DNA of 64,000 nt, from positions 6,608 to 70,607 of the forward strand of contig JBDHGL010000002.1 in assembly GCA_039589875.1 (NCBI GenBank). Direction: 5' to 3'. Positions 28,002 through 38,115 of this stretch are shown here, in pieces. The position numbers were made by a program, and so were the translations under genes. The notes beneath the pieces were generated by a model that had not been told where the DNA came from, did not search any database, and saw nothing but the letters and a program-made list of their open reading frames with translations. The DNA is from Gemmatimonadota bacterium (GTDB lineage: Bacteria > Gemmatimonadota > Gemmatimonadetes > Palauibacterales > Palauibacteraceae). Numbering within the stretch: position 1 is the stretch's first letter; every line of letters begins with the position of its first letter.

Positions 28002-29222
28002 ATGCAGAAGTCGAATATGAGGTTCATCGTTTTCGCTGCGGCTGCGGCGAGCGTGCTTGGCGCGGAGGCCCTCCTCGCCCAGCAGCCCGAGCAGCCGGAT
28101 GCCGCGCCGAGAGTGGCGCCCACGCCACGCTACGCCCCACAGGCGCGCGAAGCTGAGAAGCCACCCAAGGCCTGGCTGGGCGTTGGCCTCGAGACCCATC
28201 GAGAGTGTCGTAACAACACCGAAGACGATTGCGAGTACCGCATGCTCATCAGCTCCGTCGTCGTCGGTAGCCCGGCCGAAGAGGGCGGGATCGAGGTCGG
28301 CGATCTGATCGTCTCGTTGGACGGCGCCGCGCCGGGAAGCCCGGAGTTCAAGGTGCGTCTGAACGAGATGGTCGTCGGCGAGCCGGTCGTCATCGAGGTG
28401 TCGCGGGGCGGCGAGCCGCTCCTCCTAGACGTGCTCCCGAGGACCCGTCCGGAGAGGTCGGTTCACGTTCGGGCACGTCCGAGTCAATCGTGGACGTGGG
28501 CGATGCCGGAGGGCGAACTGAAGGTACCGATCGTCATCGAGGTGAACGATTCGACGGACGCGGCCGGTTGGACGTACGGGAGCGATGACGAGGGCTACGT
28601 CGTGATCGCTCCGAGCGATGACGGTTGGCGCGTTCAGGTGCATACGGAAGGTCACGAGGGAGAGGTAGAAGAGGCTCTCAAGCACATGGAGCTTGAGCTT
28701 CGCGATCTCCAGCGACACATGATCGAGGGGTACCAGGAGGAAATCGCGAAGGCGCAGGAGCAGGCGAAGTACTGGGGCCGTGTGAAGGCCGAGCTCACCC
28801 CCGAGCTCGCCGCGATGCGCGACTCCGTACTTGCCCTGGCCCGGGTGAAGCTCGCTGAGGTACGGAAGGCTCGGCTGGTGTATCGAGCCGAGGCCCGCGA
28901 GGCTCGAGCAGCCAACGAGAGCTATTCGTCGGCGCCGCACCTGGCCGAGGCCTCACGCCGCATCGCCGGCGCAGAGTTCGAGCCGCTCGGCGGAGAGCTC
29001 CGCCATGAGGGTCGCGATCAGGGGCTGTTGGTTCTCCGGGTCATTCCGGGGACGCCGGCCCATGCCCTGGGCCTCCGCCGGGGAGACGTCGTCGTCGAGG
29101 TAGGCGGTAGCGAGTGTAGCGCCGTCTCGGATCTCCGAGAGGCGCTCGTCGAATCCGACGAGCGGGTCCCGGTCACGTGGATCCGGAAGGGCGAGGCCAT
29201 GTCGGGAGCGCTGAACGAGTAG
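28002..29222 (+). CDS. Secreted protein with two PDZ domains
   Basis: Signal peptide MRFIVFAAAAASVLGAEALLA. The PDZ-like segments are ...VVVGSPAEEGGIEVGDLIVSLDG...and...VIPGTPAHALGLRRGDVVVEVGG. Confidence 0.65.
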   Translation: MQKSNMRFIVFAAAAASVLGAEALLAQQPEQPDAAPRVAPTPRYAPQAREAEKPPKAWLGVGLETHRECRNNTEDDCEYRMLISSVVVGSPAEEGGIEVGDLIVSLDGAAPGSPEFKVRLNEMVVGEPVVIEVSRGGEPLLLDVLPRTRPERSVHVRARPSQSWTWAMPEGELKVPIVIEVNDSTDAAGWTYGSDDEGYVVIAPSDDGWRVQVHTEGHEGEVEEALKHMELELRDLQRHMIEGYQEEIAKAQEQAKYWGRVKAELTPELAAMRDSVLALARVKLAEVRKARLVYRAEAREARAANESYSSAPHLAEASRRIAGAEFEPLGGELRHEGRDQGLLVLRVIPGTPAHALGLRRGDVVVEVGGSECSAVSDLREALVESDERVPVTWIRKGEAMSGALNE

Positions 29223-29419
29223 AGCCCTCACTCGGGGCACCGGCGGCCGCCACTACGTGCCCCGAACATCTCCATCCGAGTTGTTCCGCACGACTCCACC
29301 AGATCTCTTCTCGAAGAGTTGCCTCACCGCCGTTCGCTCACCGATTGACAGACATTGAGGTGGCCGTCGTACTTTCAGCCCCTACGGGACCCGACGTACG
29401 ACAGGAGAAAACGGACAAC

Positions 29420-30712
29420 GTGCTTACGACCCGGGCCGGCGATTCGCCGGCTTCCACCGACATGCGTGAATCGGACGACGTTTGGGAGCGCTATGCGGAG
29501 TATCTGAAGACTCCGCCCGAGACGGTCGTCGAGTGGACCGACCCACTCAGCGAAGCCCGAGGCTGGCTCGTTCTGAACAGCCTGCGCGGCGGCGCGGCAG
29601 GTGGCGGGACGCGAATGCGAGTCGGGCTCGATCGAGACGAGGTCACGTACCTCGCCAAGGTCATGGAGCTGAAGTTCGCGGTCTCCGGCCCGCCGATCGG
29701 AGGTGGGAAGTCCGGGATCGCCTTCGATCCGACGGACCCACGCAAAGCCGAAGTTCTCGGCCGTTGGTTCACGGCCATCAATCCCTACTTGAAGACGGTC
29801 TACGGAACGGCCGGCGATCTGAACGTCGACGAAAGCCGAGATGTGTTGCCGATCTTCCAGGAGCTTGGCCTGGCTCATCCGCAGGAAGGTGCTCTCCGCG
29901 GGCATTACGCCCTGTCCGGCGAAGCGCTGGAGCACCGATTGCTCGCCATGACCGCCGGAATGGAGCAGCGCGTCGACCGGCGGTTCGCACCGGCCGGCTG
30001 GAACGCCTGCATCTCCGACCTGGTGACCGGTTACGGCGTGGCTGCCTCGGCGCGTCGTCTCCTGGAGCTCCGGGGAAGCTCCGTCGAGGGAGCGCGGGTC
30101 CTGATCGAGGGCTTCGGCTGCGTTGGCGGGGGCGCGGCTTTCTTCCTTGCCGATTCAGGGGCAAAGATCGTCGGGATCGTCGATGTGGCGAACGGTCTCG
30201 TAGCCCCGGATGGTCTCGATGCGGAGGACGTGGACGGACTCCTGGCGCGCCGGCAGGGGACGACCCTCCCGGTCACTTCCGAAGACGCCAGCCGGGCCGA
30301 TCGCGAGGCGTTCAAGCGCGTACCGGCGGATCTGTTCGTGACGGCAGCGGCCTCCGGCACGCTGACGGCCGACGTTCTCGACCGGCTGGATGGCCAGGGC
30401 GTTCAGACGATCGTATGCGGCTCCAACCTGCCTTTCGCGTCTGTATCACCCGCGGACACGGCGCTGCAGCGGGAGGCGGACTCGCGGTTCGCGATCGCTA
30501 CGGATTTCATCGCGAACCTCGGGGCGGCCAATGCCTTCGCGTATCAGATGGAGCGAGATGCGGCGGCCGCGGCGCCGGAGTTCTTCGAGTCGGTCGGCTC
30601 GACCGTTCGTGCCGGACTGGACGAGGCCGTTCGCCGCGCTGGCTCGGCCGAGCGCGGTCTGGTGGCGGCTGCGCTGGACATGGTTCTGGACCGCGTTCGT
30701 CCGGCGGAGTAG
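29420..30712 (+). CDS. Glu/Leu/Phe/Val dehydrogenase family protein
   Basis: Catalytic region GGAAGGGTRMR...KFAVSGPPIGGGKSGIAFDP, plus a C-terminal NAD-binding region GFGCVGGGAAFFL. The likely start is GTG at 29420, preceded by AGGAGA. The ORF-track start at 29177 overlaps the PDZ gene. Confidence 0.75.
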   Translation: MLTTRAGDSPASTDMRESDDVWERYAEYLKTPPETVVEWTDPLSEARGWLVLNSLRGGAAGGGTRMRVGLDRDEVTYLAKVMELKFAVSGPPIGGGKSGIAFDPTDPRKAEVLGRWFTAINPYLKTVYGTAGDLNVDESRDVLPIFQELGLAHPQEGALRGHYALSGEALEHRLLAMTAGMEQRVDRRFAPAGWNACISDLVTGYGVAASARRLLELRGSSVEGARVLIEGFGCVGGGAAFFLADSGAKIVGIVDVANGLVAPDGLDAEDVDGLLARRQGTTLPVTSEDASRADREAFKRVPADLFVTAAASGTLTADVLDRLDGQGVQTIVCGSNLPFASVSPADTALQREADSRFAIATDFIANLGAANAFAYQMERDAAAAAPEFFESVGSTVRAGLDEAVRRAGSAERGLVAAALDMVLDRVRPAE

Positions 30713-30747
30713 CCACCTTGTCGATGGCAGGGACGTGAGATCGTGAC

Positions 30748-31458
30748 ATGCTGAGCCGCACGGCGATCCCGCCCGACGAAAGGCTGATCCTCGCCCTCGA
30801 CGTCCCGACCGTGTCCGAGGCGCGAGACCTGGTCGAGAGTTTGGGCGAGGCCTGCCGATTCTACAAAATGGGCCTCGAGCTGCTGATGACCGGGCAGTAT
30901 TTCGAGCTCGTGCGCTGGCTAGTGGACCGGGGCAGTCTCGTCTTCGCGGACCTCAAGCTCTTCGATGTCCCGAATACCGTGGAGTCAGCCGTGCGCCAGC
31001 TCGACGGTCGAGGCATCACGTTCGTCACGGTGCACGGGAACGACGGGATGATCAAGGCTGCCTGCGGCGCCAAAGGCGACGTGAAGATCCTCGCGGTCAC
31101 GGCTCTCACGAGCCTGGATCGCGGCGACATCGAGGATCTCGGCTTCGATACGGATGTGTCGAGCCTGGTGCTGTCGCGGGCGCGACGGGCCCTGGAGCTC
31201 GGCTGTGACGGCGTGATCTCCTCCGGGCGCGAGGCGAGCGCGATTCGCGAGGAGCTGGGAGAGCGGTTGCTCGTCGTGACGCCGGGAATCAGGCCCGTCG
31301 CCAATGTCGACGATCAGAAACGGACGGTTGACGTGGCAGAGGCGTTTCGCTTGGGCGCCGACTACATCGTGGTTGGCAGGCCGATTCACGCGGCCGCGGA
31401 CCCGAGGGAAGCCGCCGAGAGCATTCAGCGAACGATCCGCTCCGTCTTTTCCGGCTGA
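30748..31458 (+). CDS. pyrF: Orotidine 5'-phosphate decarboxylase
   Basis: Motifs LILALDVPT...FYKMGLEL...DLKLFDVPNTV...and...VTPGIR, at about 236 aa. Confidence 0.9.
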   Translation: MLSRTAIPPDERLILALDVPTVSEARDLVESLGEACRFYKMGLELLMTGQYFELVRWLVDRGSLVFADLKLFDVPNTVESAVRQLDGRGITFVTVHGNDGMIKAACGAKGDVKILAVTALTSLDRGDIEDLGFDTDVSSLVLSRARRALELGCDGVISSGREASAIREELGERLLVVTPGIRPVANVDDQKRTVDVAEAFRLGADYIVVGRPIHAAADPREAAESIQRTIRSVFSG

Positions 31459-31977
31459 TCAGCCGCCCTTCTCCGCGGGGATGTACATTCCGTCGAACAC
31501 GGTCCTCCAGGAGCCGCCCTCGTCCTGCGAGACGGCCCAGATCTGACGGACCCTCCCCCCTTCGATCGCTTCCCAGGAGATCCGGTGAAGCACCAGGGAG
31601 CCGTCGGGACCAGGACGCTCGCCGGAGAGGACCATCTTTCCGTCCTCCAAGGTGCCGTCCAGCTGAAGCAGTCTTCCCCGATCGTCCACCCACGTCTGGT
31701 GCCAGTTGCCGGTTTGCGCATCGTAGATGTTGTAGCTGAAGCCCTTGCCCCCGCCGGCTCCCTCCCAGCTCTCGCGGACGGCACAGTCGCCCAGGATGCG
31801 CTCGATTCGGTTGGTGCCGGCGAGACCGCCATCGGCGTTCTCGACCCTCCACTCGCCGACCCAGAAATCGAACTCACGGTACTCGGGGCCTTCGCAGGCG
31901 TCGGCTTGCTCCTGGGCGTACGCTCCGCTGGGCGCGAGGCTGATCGCTACGAGAACTTGGACGATGCGTGTGGACAC
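31459..31977 (-). CDS. Secreted hypothetical protein
   Basis: Signal peptide MSTRIVQVLVAISLAPSGAYA. Trp/Gly-rich small domain. No motif recognised. Confidence 0.5.
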   Translation of the reverse strand: MSTRIVQVLVAISLAPSGAYAQEQADACEGPEYREFDFWVGEWRVENADGGLAGTNRIERILGDCAVRESWEGAGGGKGFSYNIYDAQTGNWHQTWVDDRGRLLQLDGTLEDGKMVLSGERPGPDGSLVLHRISWEAIEGGRVRQIWAVSQDEGGSWRTVFDGMYIPAEKGG

Positions 31978-32041
31978 GAGATCCTCCCTTCCGGTGGTGC
32001 GTCGTCTGATGAACGCGCCGGAACGGAGGAGCGAGACAACC

Positions 32042-32395
32042 TCAGAGGGTCAGCTTGAGCGCCACCGACGTCTTGGGGCCCGACGACCCGAACTCCTGCT
32101 CGATCGAAACGTCCAGGTCTTTCGCGATCCGGAGGCGAGCGCTCACCTCGCCGCTGAACTCTCCGTTGGCCAGGTCTCTAGTCAGCCCGCCGGACAGAGT
32201 AAGCGAGTCATCGCTGCTCAGCTTGAAGCCGACGGTCGAATCGATCCGCAGACGGATGTCCTCCGGGCTTCGGTAGTCCAGGCCGATCTTGGCCCGAGCA
32301 GCGTCGCTGATGTCGAACCTGAGCTGGCCGCTGCCCTTGAACTCGCCCGCGAAGTTCGTCGTGCCCTTGACTTCCAGTCGGATGTGGCTGGACAT
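32042..32395 (-). CDS. Hypothetical protein (beta-rich, 117 aa)
   Basis: Open frame with plausible composition. No signal peptide or recognisable motif. Confidence 0.4.
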   Translation of the reverse strand: MSSHIRLEVKGTTNFAGEFKGSGQLRFDISDAARAKIGLDYRSPEDIRLRIDSTVGFKLSSDDSLTLSGGLTRDLANGEFSGEVSARLRIAKDLDVSIEQEFGSSGPKTSVALKLTL

Positions 32396-32476
32396 CTATC
32401 ACCGAGTTGAAGGCTCCGAATATGGGATGCGGCCCGAGGCGGCAGCCTTACGGTCCGGGCCGAGCGAGGAGGGGGG

Positions 32477-33169
32477 ATGGCCAAGCACATCGGAATCGTC
32501 GCCTGCAGCGCAGAGGGCGCAGCGCTCTGCTATCGCACCATTTGCCTGGAGGCGGCAGCCCACATGGGCGAACATGATCATCCGGAGATCACTCTCAACA
32601 ACATCAGCATGGCCCTCCAAATGGACGCCGTTCGCACCCGCGGCTGGGAGGCCGTCGCGGATTTGCTGCTGGCGTCCGCCGAGAAGGTAAGGGCGGCGGG
32701 AGCCGACTTCGCGATCTGTCCCGACAACACGGTTCATGAGGCGTTCGATCATCTTCTGCCACGTTCACCGCTCCCTTGGTTGCACATCGCGGAGGTCGTT
32801 GCAGAAGAGGCTGCCGGTCGCGGCTTCGAGCGGATCGGGGTGATGGGGACCCGCTACCTGATGGAGGGATCGGTCTACAAGGGCGCCGTGGCCGGCCGCG
32901 GCCTCGAGATGGCGATTCCCCCGCCCAAGGACCGCGAGCGCATCGACCGAATCATCTTCAAAGAGCTCGTGAACGCCGTGTTCAGCGACGAGTCGCGGGA
33001 GTTCTTCAATGAGGTGATGCGCCGTCTGGGCGAGCTGGGCTGCGACGCGGCGGTGCTCGGTTGCACGGAAATTCCGCTTATCGTCCGGCCGGAGGAAGCG
33101 CCGCTCCCGACGCTGGATTCGACACGGTTGTTGGCGCGCGCGGCCCTTCGCCACGCGCTGGAGGCTTGA
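32477..33169 (+). CDS. Asp/Glu/hydantoin racemase family protein (aspartate racemase-like)
   Basis: Motifs IGIVACSAEGAALCY and a second Cys in ...AVLGCTEIPL, typical of two-Cys PLP-independent racemases. Confidence 0.75.
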   Translation: MAKHIGIVACSAEGAALCYRTICLEAAAHMGEHDHPEITLNNISMALQMDAVRTRGWEAVADLLLASAEKVRAAGADFAICPDNTVHEAFDHLLPRSPLPWLHIAEVVAEEAAGRGFERIGVMGTRYLMEGSVYKGAVAGRGLEMAIPPPKDRERIDRIIFKELVNAVFSDESREFFNEVMRRLGELGCDAAVLGCTEIPLIVRPEEAPLPTLDSTRLLARAALRHALEA

Positions 33170-33296
33170 TCAGCCGTCGCTGACCTTTCGCCCTACGGCT
33201 CCGTTCCGATGGGAGTCCATGCTCGATATGTTGCCCCGGCTCTCGGACCGAACAGAAACAAACCTGTCTCCCGAACCCTGATGGAGCTCACGAGCG

Positions 33297-34655
33297 ATGG
33301 GTATCGACGCTTACTTGAACGAGAATCGGAACCGGTTTGAAGAAGAGCTGAACGAGCTGCTGCGCATCCCCAGCGTGAGCACCGACAGCACCTACGCCGG
33401 AGACGTGAAACGCTGCGCCGACTGGCTGGCCGGCCACCTCACGGAGGCGGGGCTCGAGACCGTGGAGGTGATCGGCACCGACGGCCACCCGGTCGTCTAT
33501 GCAGAACATCAAGCGGGCGTCGAGTCACCGACGGTTCTCATTTACGGGCACTACGACGTGCAGCCGGCGGACCCGGAGCACCTGTGGACCTCTCCTCCTT
33601 TCGAGCCGGAGGTGCGGGACGGTCGCGTCTACGCTCGCGGTTCCGAGGATGACAAGGGGCAGGTGCACATGCACGCCAAGGCCCTGGAGGCGAGGCTCCG
33701 CTCGGGCGCCGGCGTTCCGGTGAACGTGAAGATGGTCATCGAGGGTGAAGAAGAGATCGGCAGCCGGCACCTCGAGGGCTTCCTGCAGGAGAACCGGAAG
33801 CGTCTATCGTGCGACGCCGTCATGATCAGCGACACGACCATGCTCGGCCCCGACCTTCCCGCCATCACGTCCGGGCTTCGCGGGCTCGCCTATATGGAGG
33901 TCAGTGTGAGCGGTCCGAACCGCGATCTCCACTCGGGCAGCTACGGCGGAGCGGTCCAAAATCCGGCCAACGCCCTGGCCACCATCATCGCTGGACTCAA
34001 GGACGAGTACGGGCGTGTGGCCGTGCCCGGCTTTTATGATCGCGTGAAGGAGATGACCGGAGAGGAGCGCGCCTCTTTGAAGGCAATTCCGTTCGAGGAC
34101 GATGACTTTCAGCGGGACCTGAATCTGGAGACGCTGGCCGGAGAGGCCGGATACAGCACCCTCGAGAGGTTGTGGTACCGTCCGGCGCTGGACGTGAACG
34201 GCGTGATCAGCGGCTTTACCGGGGAGGGTGCGAAGACCGTTCTCCCGTCGGAGGCCCGGGCCAAGATCTCCATGCGGCTGGTCCCGGATCAGGATCCGGA
34301 GGAGATCCAGGCCTCCTTCAAGAAGCACGTGCTGTCGCTGGCGCCGGACGGTGTCGATGTGGAGGTGGAGTACCACCACGGGGCGGTTCCCTGGAGAGCG
34401 GATCCGAAAGGGCCCGTCTTCGAGGCCGCTTCGGCCGCGCTCGATGAAGCCTTCGACCGCAAGCCATTACTCATCCGCGAGGGCGGGTCCATACCGATCG
34501 TACCGATGTTCGAGTCCCTACTGGACGCACCGGTGATCCTGGTCGGCTTCGGATTGCCCGGCGCAAACCCCCACGCGCCGGACGAATGGCTGGATCTCGG
34601 GGTCTATCACAAGGGGATCGCCGCCCTGGTCTCGATGTGGGGCAGGCTGGGCTAG
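33297..34655 (+). CDS. M20 family dipeptidase/deacylase
   Basis: Motifs LIYGHYDVQPADP, ...RGSEDDKGQ, and a metal-binding His/Glu pattern. Confidence 0.85.
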   Translation: MGIDAYLNENRNRFEEELNELLRIPSVSTDSTYAGDVKRCADWLAGHLTEAGLETVEVIGTDGHPVVYAEHQAGVESPTVLIYGHYDVQPADPEHLWTSPPFEPEVRDGRVYARGSEDDKGQVHMHAKALEARLRSGAGVPVNVKMVIEGEEEIGSRHLEGFLQENRKRLSCDAVMISDTTMLGPDLPAITSGLRGLAYMEVSVSGPNRDLHSGSYGGAVQNPANALATIIAGLKDEYGRVAVPGFYDRVKEMTGEERASLKAIPFEDDDFQRDLNLETLAGEAGYSTLERLWYRPALDVNGVISGFTGEGAKTVLPSEARAKISMRLVPDQDPEEIQASFKKHVLSLAPDGVDVEVEYHHGAVPWRADPKGPVFEAASAALDEAFDRKPLLIREGGSIPIVPMFESLLDAPVILVGFGLPGANPHAPDEWLDLGVYHKGIAALVSMWGRLG

Positions 34656-34674
34656 CCGACCGCGTGCTCGGAGG

Positions 34675-34706
34675 GCTATCAACTGCGAGCGAGCAAGCGG
34701 TTGATA
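34675..34706. repeat. Inverted repeat (8-bp arms, 16-nt spacer) in the intergenic region upstream of the SARP-type regulator
   Basis: CTATCAAC, then tgcgagcgagcaagcg, then GTTGATAG. Confidence 0.4.
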
Positions 34707-34814
34707 GCCGGTTGAGGTTCCTGCTTAGTTTGGCTCCTACTGGAGACAGCGTCTCTATCGGCTCTCGATCACCCGCCCAACGACAAGGGGCGAGCTTGAG
34801 GGCCGAGCATCGGA

Positions 34815-37800
34815 ATGGAGCCGCCCATGATCCACATCCGCTGTTTCGGTGGGATCTCGATCGAGGGTCCAGAGAATGGACCTATATATTTCAGGTCTAG
34901 AAAGCACGTAGCGCTCCTCACCTACCTCGTCGCCAATCGGAATCGGGCACACGGTCGAGACGAGCTGATTCGGCTCTTCTGGGATTCACCACCCGCCTCC
35001 GCGCGCCACTCCCTGAGCCAGGCGCTGTACGACGTCAAGCGGCGCCTCGGAGGGCTTTCGGTGGAAAGGTTCGGCGACGGTCTGCGTCTCACCAGCACGT
35101 TCGAATTCGACGGGCGACTCTTCGAACACGCGGTGAAGCGCGGCGACATCCGGAGCGCTGTGGGCCTGTATCGCGGTGACTTCGCAGCTGCGTACGACAA
35201 GGTAGGAACGGAGGAGTTCGAGTGTTGGGTCGACGATGAGCGGAGGCGGTACCGCATCCTCGCGCAGGCAGCCCTGCACAGGTACGTGGAGCAATGTGAC
35301 GGCCGAGGAGACTGGGGCGAGATGTGCCTCGCGGCGCTCAAGCTCGTGAAGATCGATCCCATCAGCGAGCGAGCGCACGGCAGCTTGATGCGAGCGCTTT
35401 GGCTACACGGCGATCAGGCATCGGCGCTCCGACATTTCAGCGACGTCGAGGAGAGCCTTTCGCGCAACGTGCCTGGCGGGATCTCGGAGGAGACCCGTGA
35501 TCTCGTGCGACGCATTAGAAGCTCCGCTCCTCCTGTTCCGAAGGAGATCGCGCGCAACGAGCCTCCCATGGTGGGGCGTGAAAAAGAGTTCTCGCACCTT
35601 CGAGACCTCGTGACCCTCGCGGGCGCTGGAGAGGGCTCTCTGGCTGTGGTTCGCGGCGAACCCGGCATAGGAAAAACTCGACTGGCCGCCGAACTGGGGC
35701 GGTGCGTGTCGGTTGAGGGAGTCCGGCTTCTGCAGAGCCGCTGTTATGCTGCGGAAGAGAATGTTGCGTACGGTCCAGTCGTCGACGGACTGCGGTCCTT
35801 CTCCGACGCCGTGTGCGCGGTCAAGGGTACCGATGGGCCGCTATACCCACACCTTCGTCAGCTTCTCCGGTGCGAGCCCGACATGACAGGCGCGGTCAGT
35901 CTCGAAGCCGACTTGGCCGGCGAGCGTCGACGACTCTACGAAGAAGTGGTCGGATTCATGCGCCGGCTCTGCGAATCACAGACGACGCTGTGGGTGGTCG
36001 ACGACGTCCATTGGGTCGATGGATCCTCTGCGTCGCTGCTGAGCTATCTCGCTCGCCGGCTCAGAGATCGCCGTTTTCTCCTTCTCGTCACTGTGCGGGA
36101 CGACGCAGATCTCAGCGCTGCTTGCCGAAAGCTCCTTCGTGATCGGTCGACCGACGAGCAAGCCGCGACGTTGACGTTGGGGCCGCTCTCCTTGGAGGCC
36201 GTGAGAGCTCTGGTGAAGGGTCAGCCAGGAGCCGGAGACGGGGGCACTGGCTCGCTAGCGCAGAGAATCCACAAGCTCTCGGGCGGGAATCCGTTCTACG
36301 TCCTCGAGCTCCTCCGAGACGCCGGTACGGCGGCATCGCCCGAAGCTGCAGGAATCTCCGGCGAGGCAGTTCTCTCCGATCGGGTCCGCGGTCTCCTCCA
36401 AACGCGCCTGCAGGGGCTCGCGCCGAGTTCGATCCGGCTGCTCGAGGCGGTCGCGGTACTCGGCCGGAACGCCACACCGGGCCACGCGGCGGATGCCGGT
36501 GGTCTCACCTTGCAGAGCGCGTCCGACGTCTCGGACGAGCTGTATGCCCGGGGCATACTGCGTGACCATGGAGATAGGCTCGAGTTCGCTCACGATATCA
36601 GCCGGGAGTTTGTCTATCACAACCTCGGTGGAGTGAGACGAGCGTCACTCCACCTTTTCGTCGCTGAGGCCCTCGCGAGCGATGTCCAAGCAACCCTGCC
36701 GACGATCGCGCGGCACTTCCACCTGGGCGGCGACCGAGCTCGTGCGTTCGAGTACGCCATCAGAGCCGCCCGAGCTTCGATATCCTCGTTTGGACATGAG
36801 GAAGCGAAGGCAATGGCGACCCTGGCCCTCTCCCAGGCTTCCACGGACGCCGAGCGACATACGCCTCTAGATATTATCGGCCGCTCAGCACTTGCTCTCG
36901 GACAGCTGACAGAAGCCGAGCAGCACTTCGAAGAGATCAGCAAGCTGCAAGACGACGTGTCGCCCTCAGATAGGGTTCATGCGCGGCTGTTACAGGGTTA
37001 CGCGAGGTTGGAGCACTCTGACTGGGATGGCCTGAGCGAAGTCCTTCAAAGCGCCGAATTCGGCAGCCTTCCCCCGGCTGATCAGTACGAAGCGAGACTC
37101 TCTTCGCTGTCGCTGCTTCTCAAGGCTGCAATGAGGCAGCTAAACGCCGACCTGGCTCACCGCTTGATCGGGGAATTGCGAGAAACGCACGCGATCGCCC
37201 AGAGCGAAGACACTCTGACAGACGCTGCTGCGGCTCGCAGCTACTACAGCATGGCCGCCTATGCAGCATTTTTCGAGTCCGTTGGCAAAGCGGACGAACT
37301 CGTCACGAAGGCGTGGAGCCGCTGTAAGGGGATCCCCGAGGAGCTTGAGGAGCTTGCTGTGAGGATCCTGCTCCTACGTGGTTTGATCAAGTCGCACCGG
37401 ACGAAGTGGGATGAAGCGACCGTGTTTTTTCGCCACGCGTTGTCTCGATCGAGGGAAAAGAACCGAGTGCTCGAAACGGGGATTGCATGGAACAGCCTCG
37501 CCTTTTGCGCTCTCGAACAAGCACAATGGGCTGATGCGGAGCGGTGTTGTCGTGCGAGCATCGAGATCTACGATCAACTCACAGCGTCGACATACGTTAC
37601 CGCCACGCCTCTAACCAACCTCGGGGACACATTCTTCTACCAGAGCTTTGCTAGAAAGGCGATACCTGTTTACCAGCAAGCTCTGAGGGAAACGCGGCCT
37701 GATCTTCGACCGCCGATGCTGGCTTCTTTAGGTCTAGCAGCCCTCCAGATCGGAGACTATCCGGCCGCAATCCAACACTGGGACTCTCTTGAAGAAATGG

Positions 37801-38111
37801 CGCACTCTGAGCTGGCCGGACTACAGGAGCGTTTCAAGGTCGCCTGGCTCGGCGCGTACATGCTAGCCGCATCGAATCCAGCATTAGCTAGGCGATTGCT
37901 CGACGAGGCTGCCGAGGAGCAGCGGGACCTCAATGTCGGGGCGCACTTGAAGTTGCTATGGCTTCGGGCTCTGCTTTGCGATGGTGACCTCAGACAGGAG
38001 AGAGCGTCCACAAGGGACGTGGTTGGAGACCTGGGCGAGGCAAAGCTTGGCTGGTTCGTGCCCTTCACGCGGAGATGGTTAACGGCGGCCAGAGCAAACA
38101 ATGCCGGCTAG
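34815..38111 (+). CDS. AfsR/SARP-family transcriptional regulator: OmpR-type winged helix, BTAD, NB-ARC-like P-loop NTPase and TPR repeats (STAND class)
   Basis: 1098 aa. N-terminus: IRCFGGISIEGPENGPIYFRSRKHVALLTYLVANRNRAHGRDELIRLFW (trans_reg_C). BTAD region: ...WLHGDQASALRHFSDV. Walker A: VRGEPGIGKTRLAAELG. The C-terminal half is an alpha-helical repeat. The 3' half of the gene is noticeably less GC-rich. Confidence 0.8.
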   Translation: MEPPMIHIRCFGGISIEGPENGPIYFRSRKHVALLTYLVANRNRAHGRDELIRLFWDSPPASARHSLSQALYDVKRRLGGLSVERFGDGLRLTSTFEFDGRLFEHAVKRGDIRSAVGLYRGDFAAAYDKVGTEEFECWVDDERRRYRILAQAALHRYVEQCDGRGDWGEMCLAALKLVKIDPISERAHGSLMRALWLHGDQASALRHFSDVEESLSRNVPGGISEETRDLVRRIRSSAPPVPKEIARNEPPMVGREKEFSHLRDLVTLAGAGEGSLAVVRGEPGIGKTRLAAELGRCVSVEGVRLLQSRCYAAEENVAYGPVVDGLRSFSDAVCAVKGTDGPLYPHLRQLLRCEPDMTGAVSLEADLAGERRRLYEEVVGFMRRLCESQTTLWVVDDVHWVDGSSASLLSYLARRLRDRRFLLLVTVRDDADLSAACRKLLRDRSTDEQAATLTLGPLSLEAVRALVKGQPGAGDGGTGSLAQRIHKLSGGNPFYVLELLRDAGTAASPEAAGISGEAVLSDRVRGLLQTRLQGLAPSSIRLLEAVAVLGRNATPGHAADAGGLTLQSASDVSDELYARGILRDHGDRLEFAHDISREFVYHNLGGVRRASLHLFVAEALASDVQATLPTIARHFHLGGDRARAFEYAIRAARASISSFGHEEAKAMATLALSQASTDAERHTPLDIIGRSALALGQLTEAEQHFEEISKLQDDVSPSDRVHARLLQGYARLEHSDWDGLSEVLQSAEFGSLPPADQYEARLSSLSLLLKAAMRQLNADLAHRLIGELRETHAIAQSEDTLTDAAAARSYYSMAAYAAFFESVGKADELVTKAWSRCKGIPEELEELAVRILLLRGLIKSHRTKWDEATVFFRHALSRSREKNRVLETGIAWNSLAFCALEQAQWADAERCCRASIEIYDQLTASTYVTATPLTNLGDTFFYQSFARKAIPVYQQALRETRPDLRPPMLASLGLAALQIGDYPAAIQHWDSLEEMAHSELAGLQERFKVAWLGAYMLAASNPALARRLLDEAAEEQRDLNVGAHLKLLWLRALLCDGDLRQERASTRDVVGDLGEAKLGWFVPFTRRWLTAARANNAG

Positions 38112-38115
38112 TGGA

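Noticed and set aside
29177-29419. 5' extension of the dehydrogenase ORF
   Set aside because: It overlaps the PDZ gene's 3' end. A GTG with an AGGAGA RBS at 29420 gives a normal-length enzyme.
29482-30738. 418-aa plus-strand ORF
   Set aside because: It is in the +1 frame of the Glu/Leu/Phe/Val dehydrogenase gene and Arg/Gly-rich.
34815-38111. Possibility that the large STAND NTPase is an Avs-like antiphage sensor
   Set aside because: The N-terminus is an OmpR-type DNA-binding domain plus BTAD, not a nuclease, protease or TIR effector. That architecture is a transcriptional regulator.
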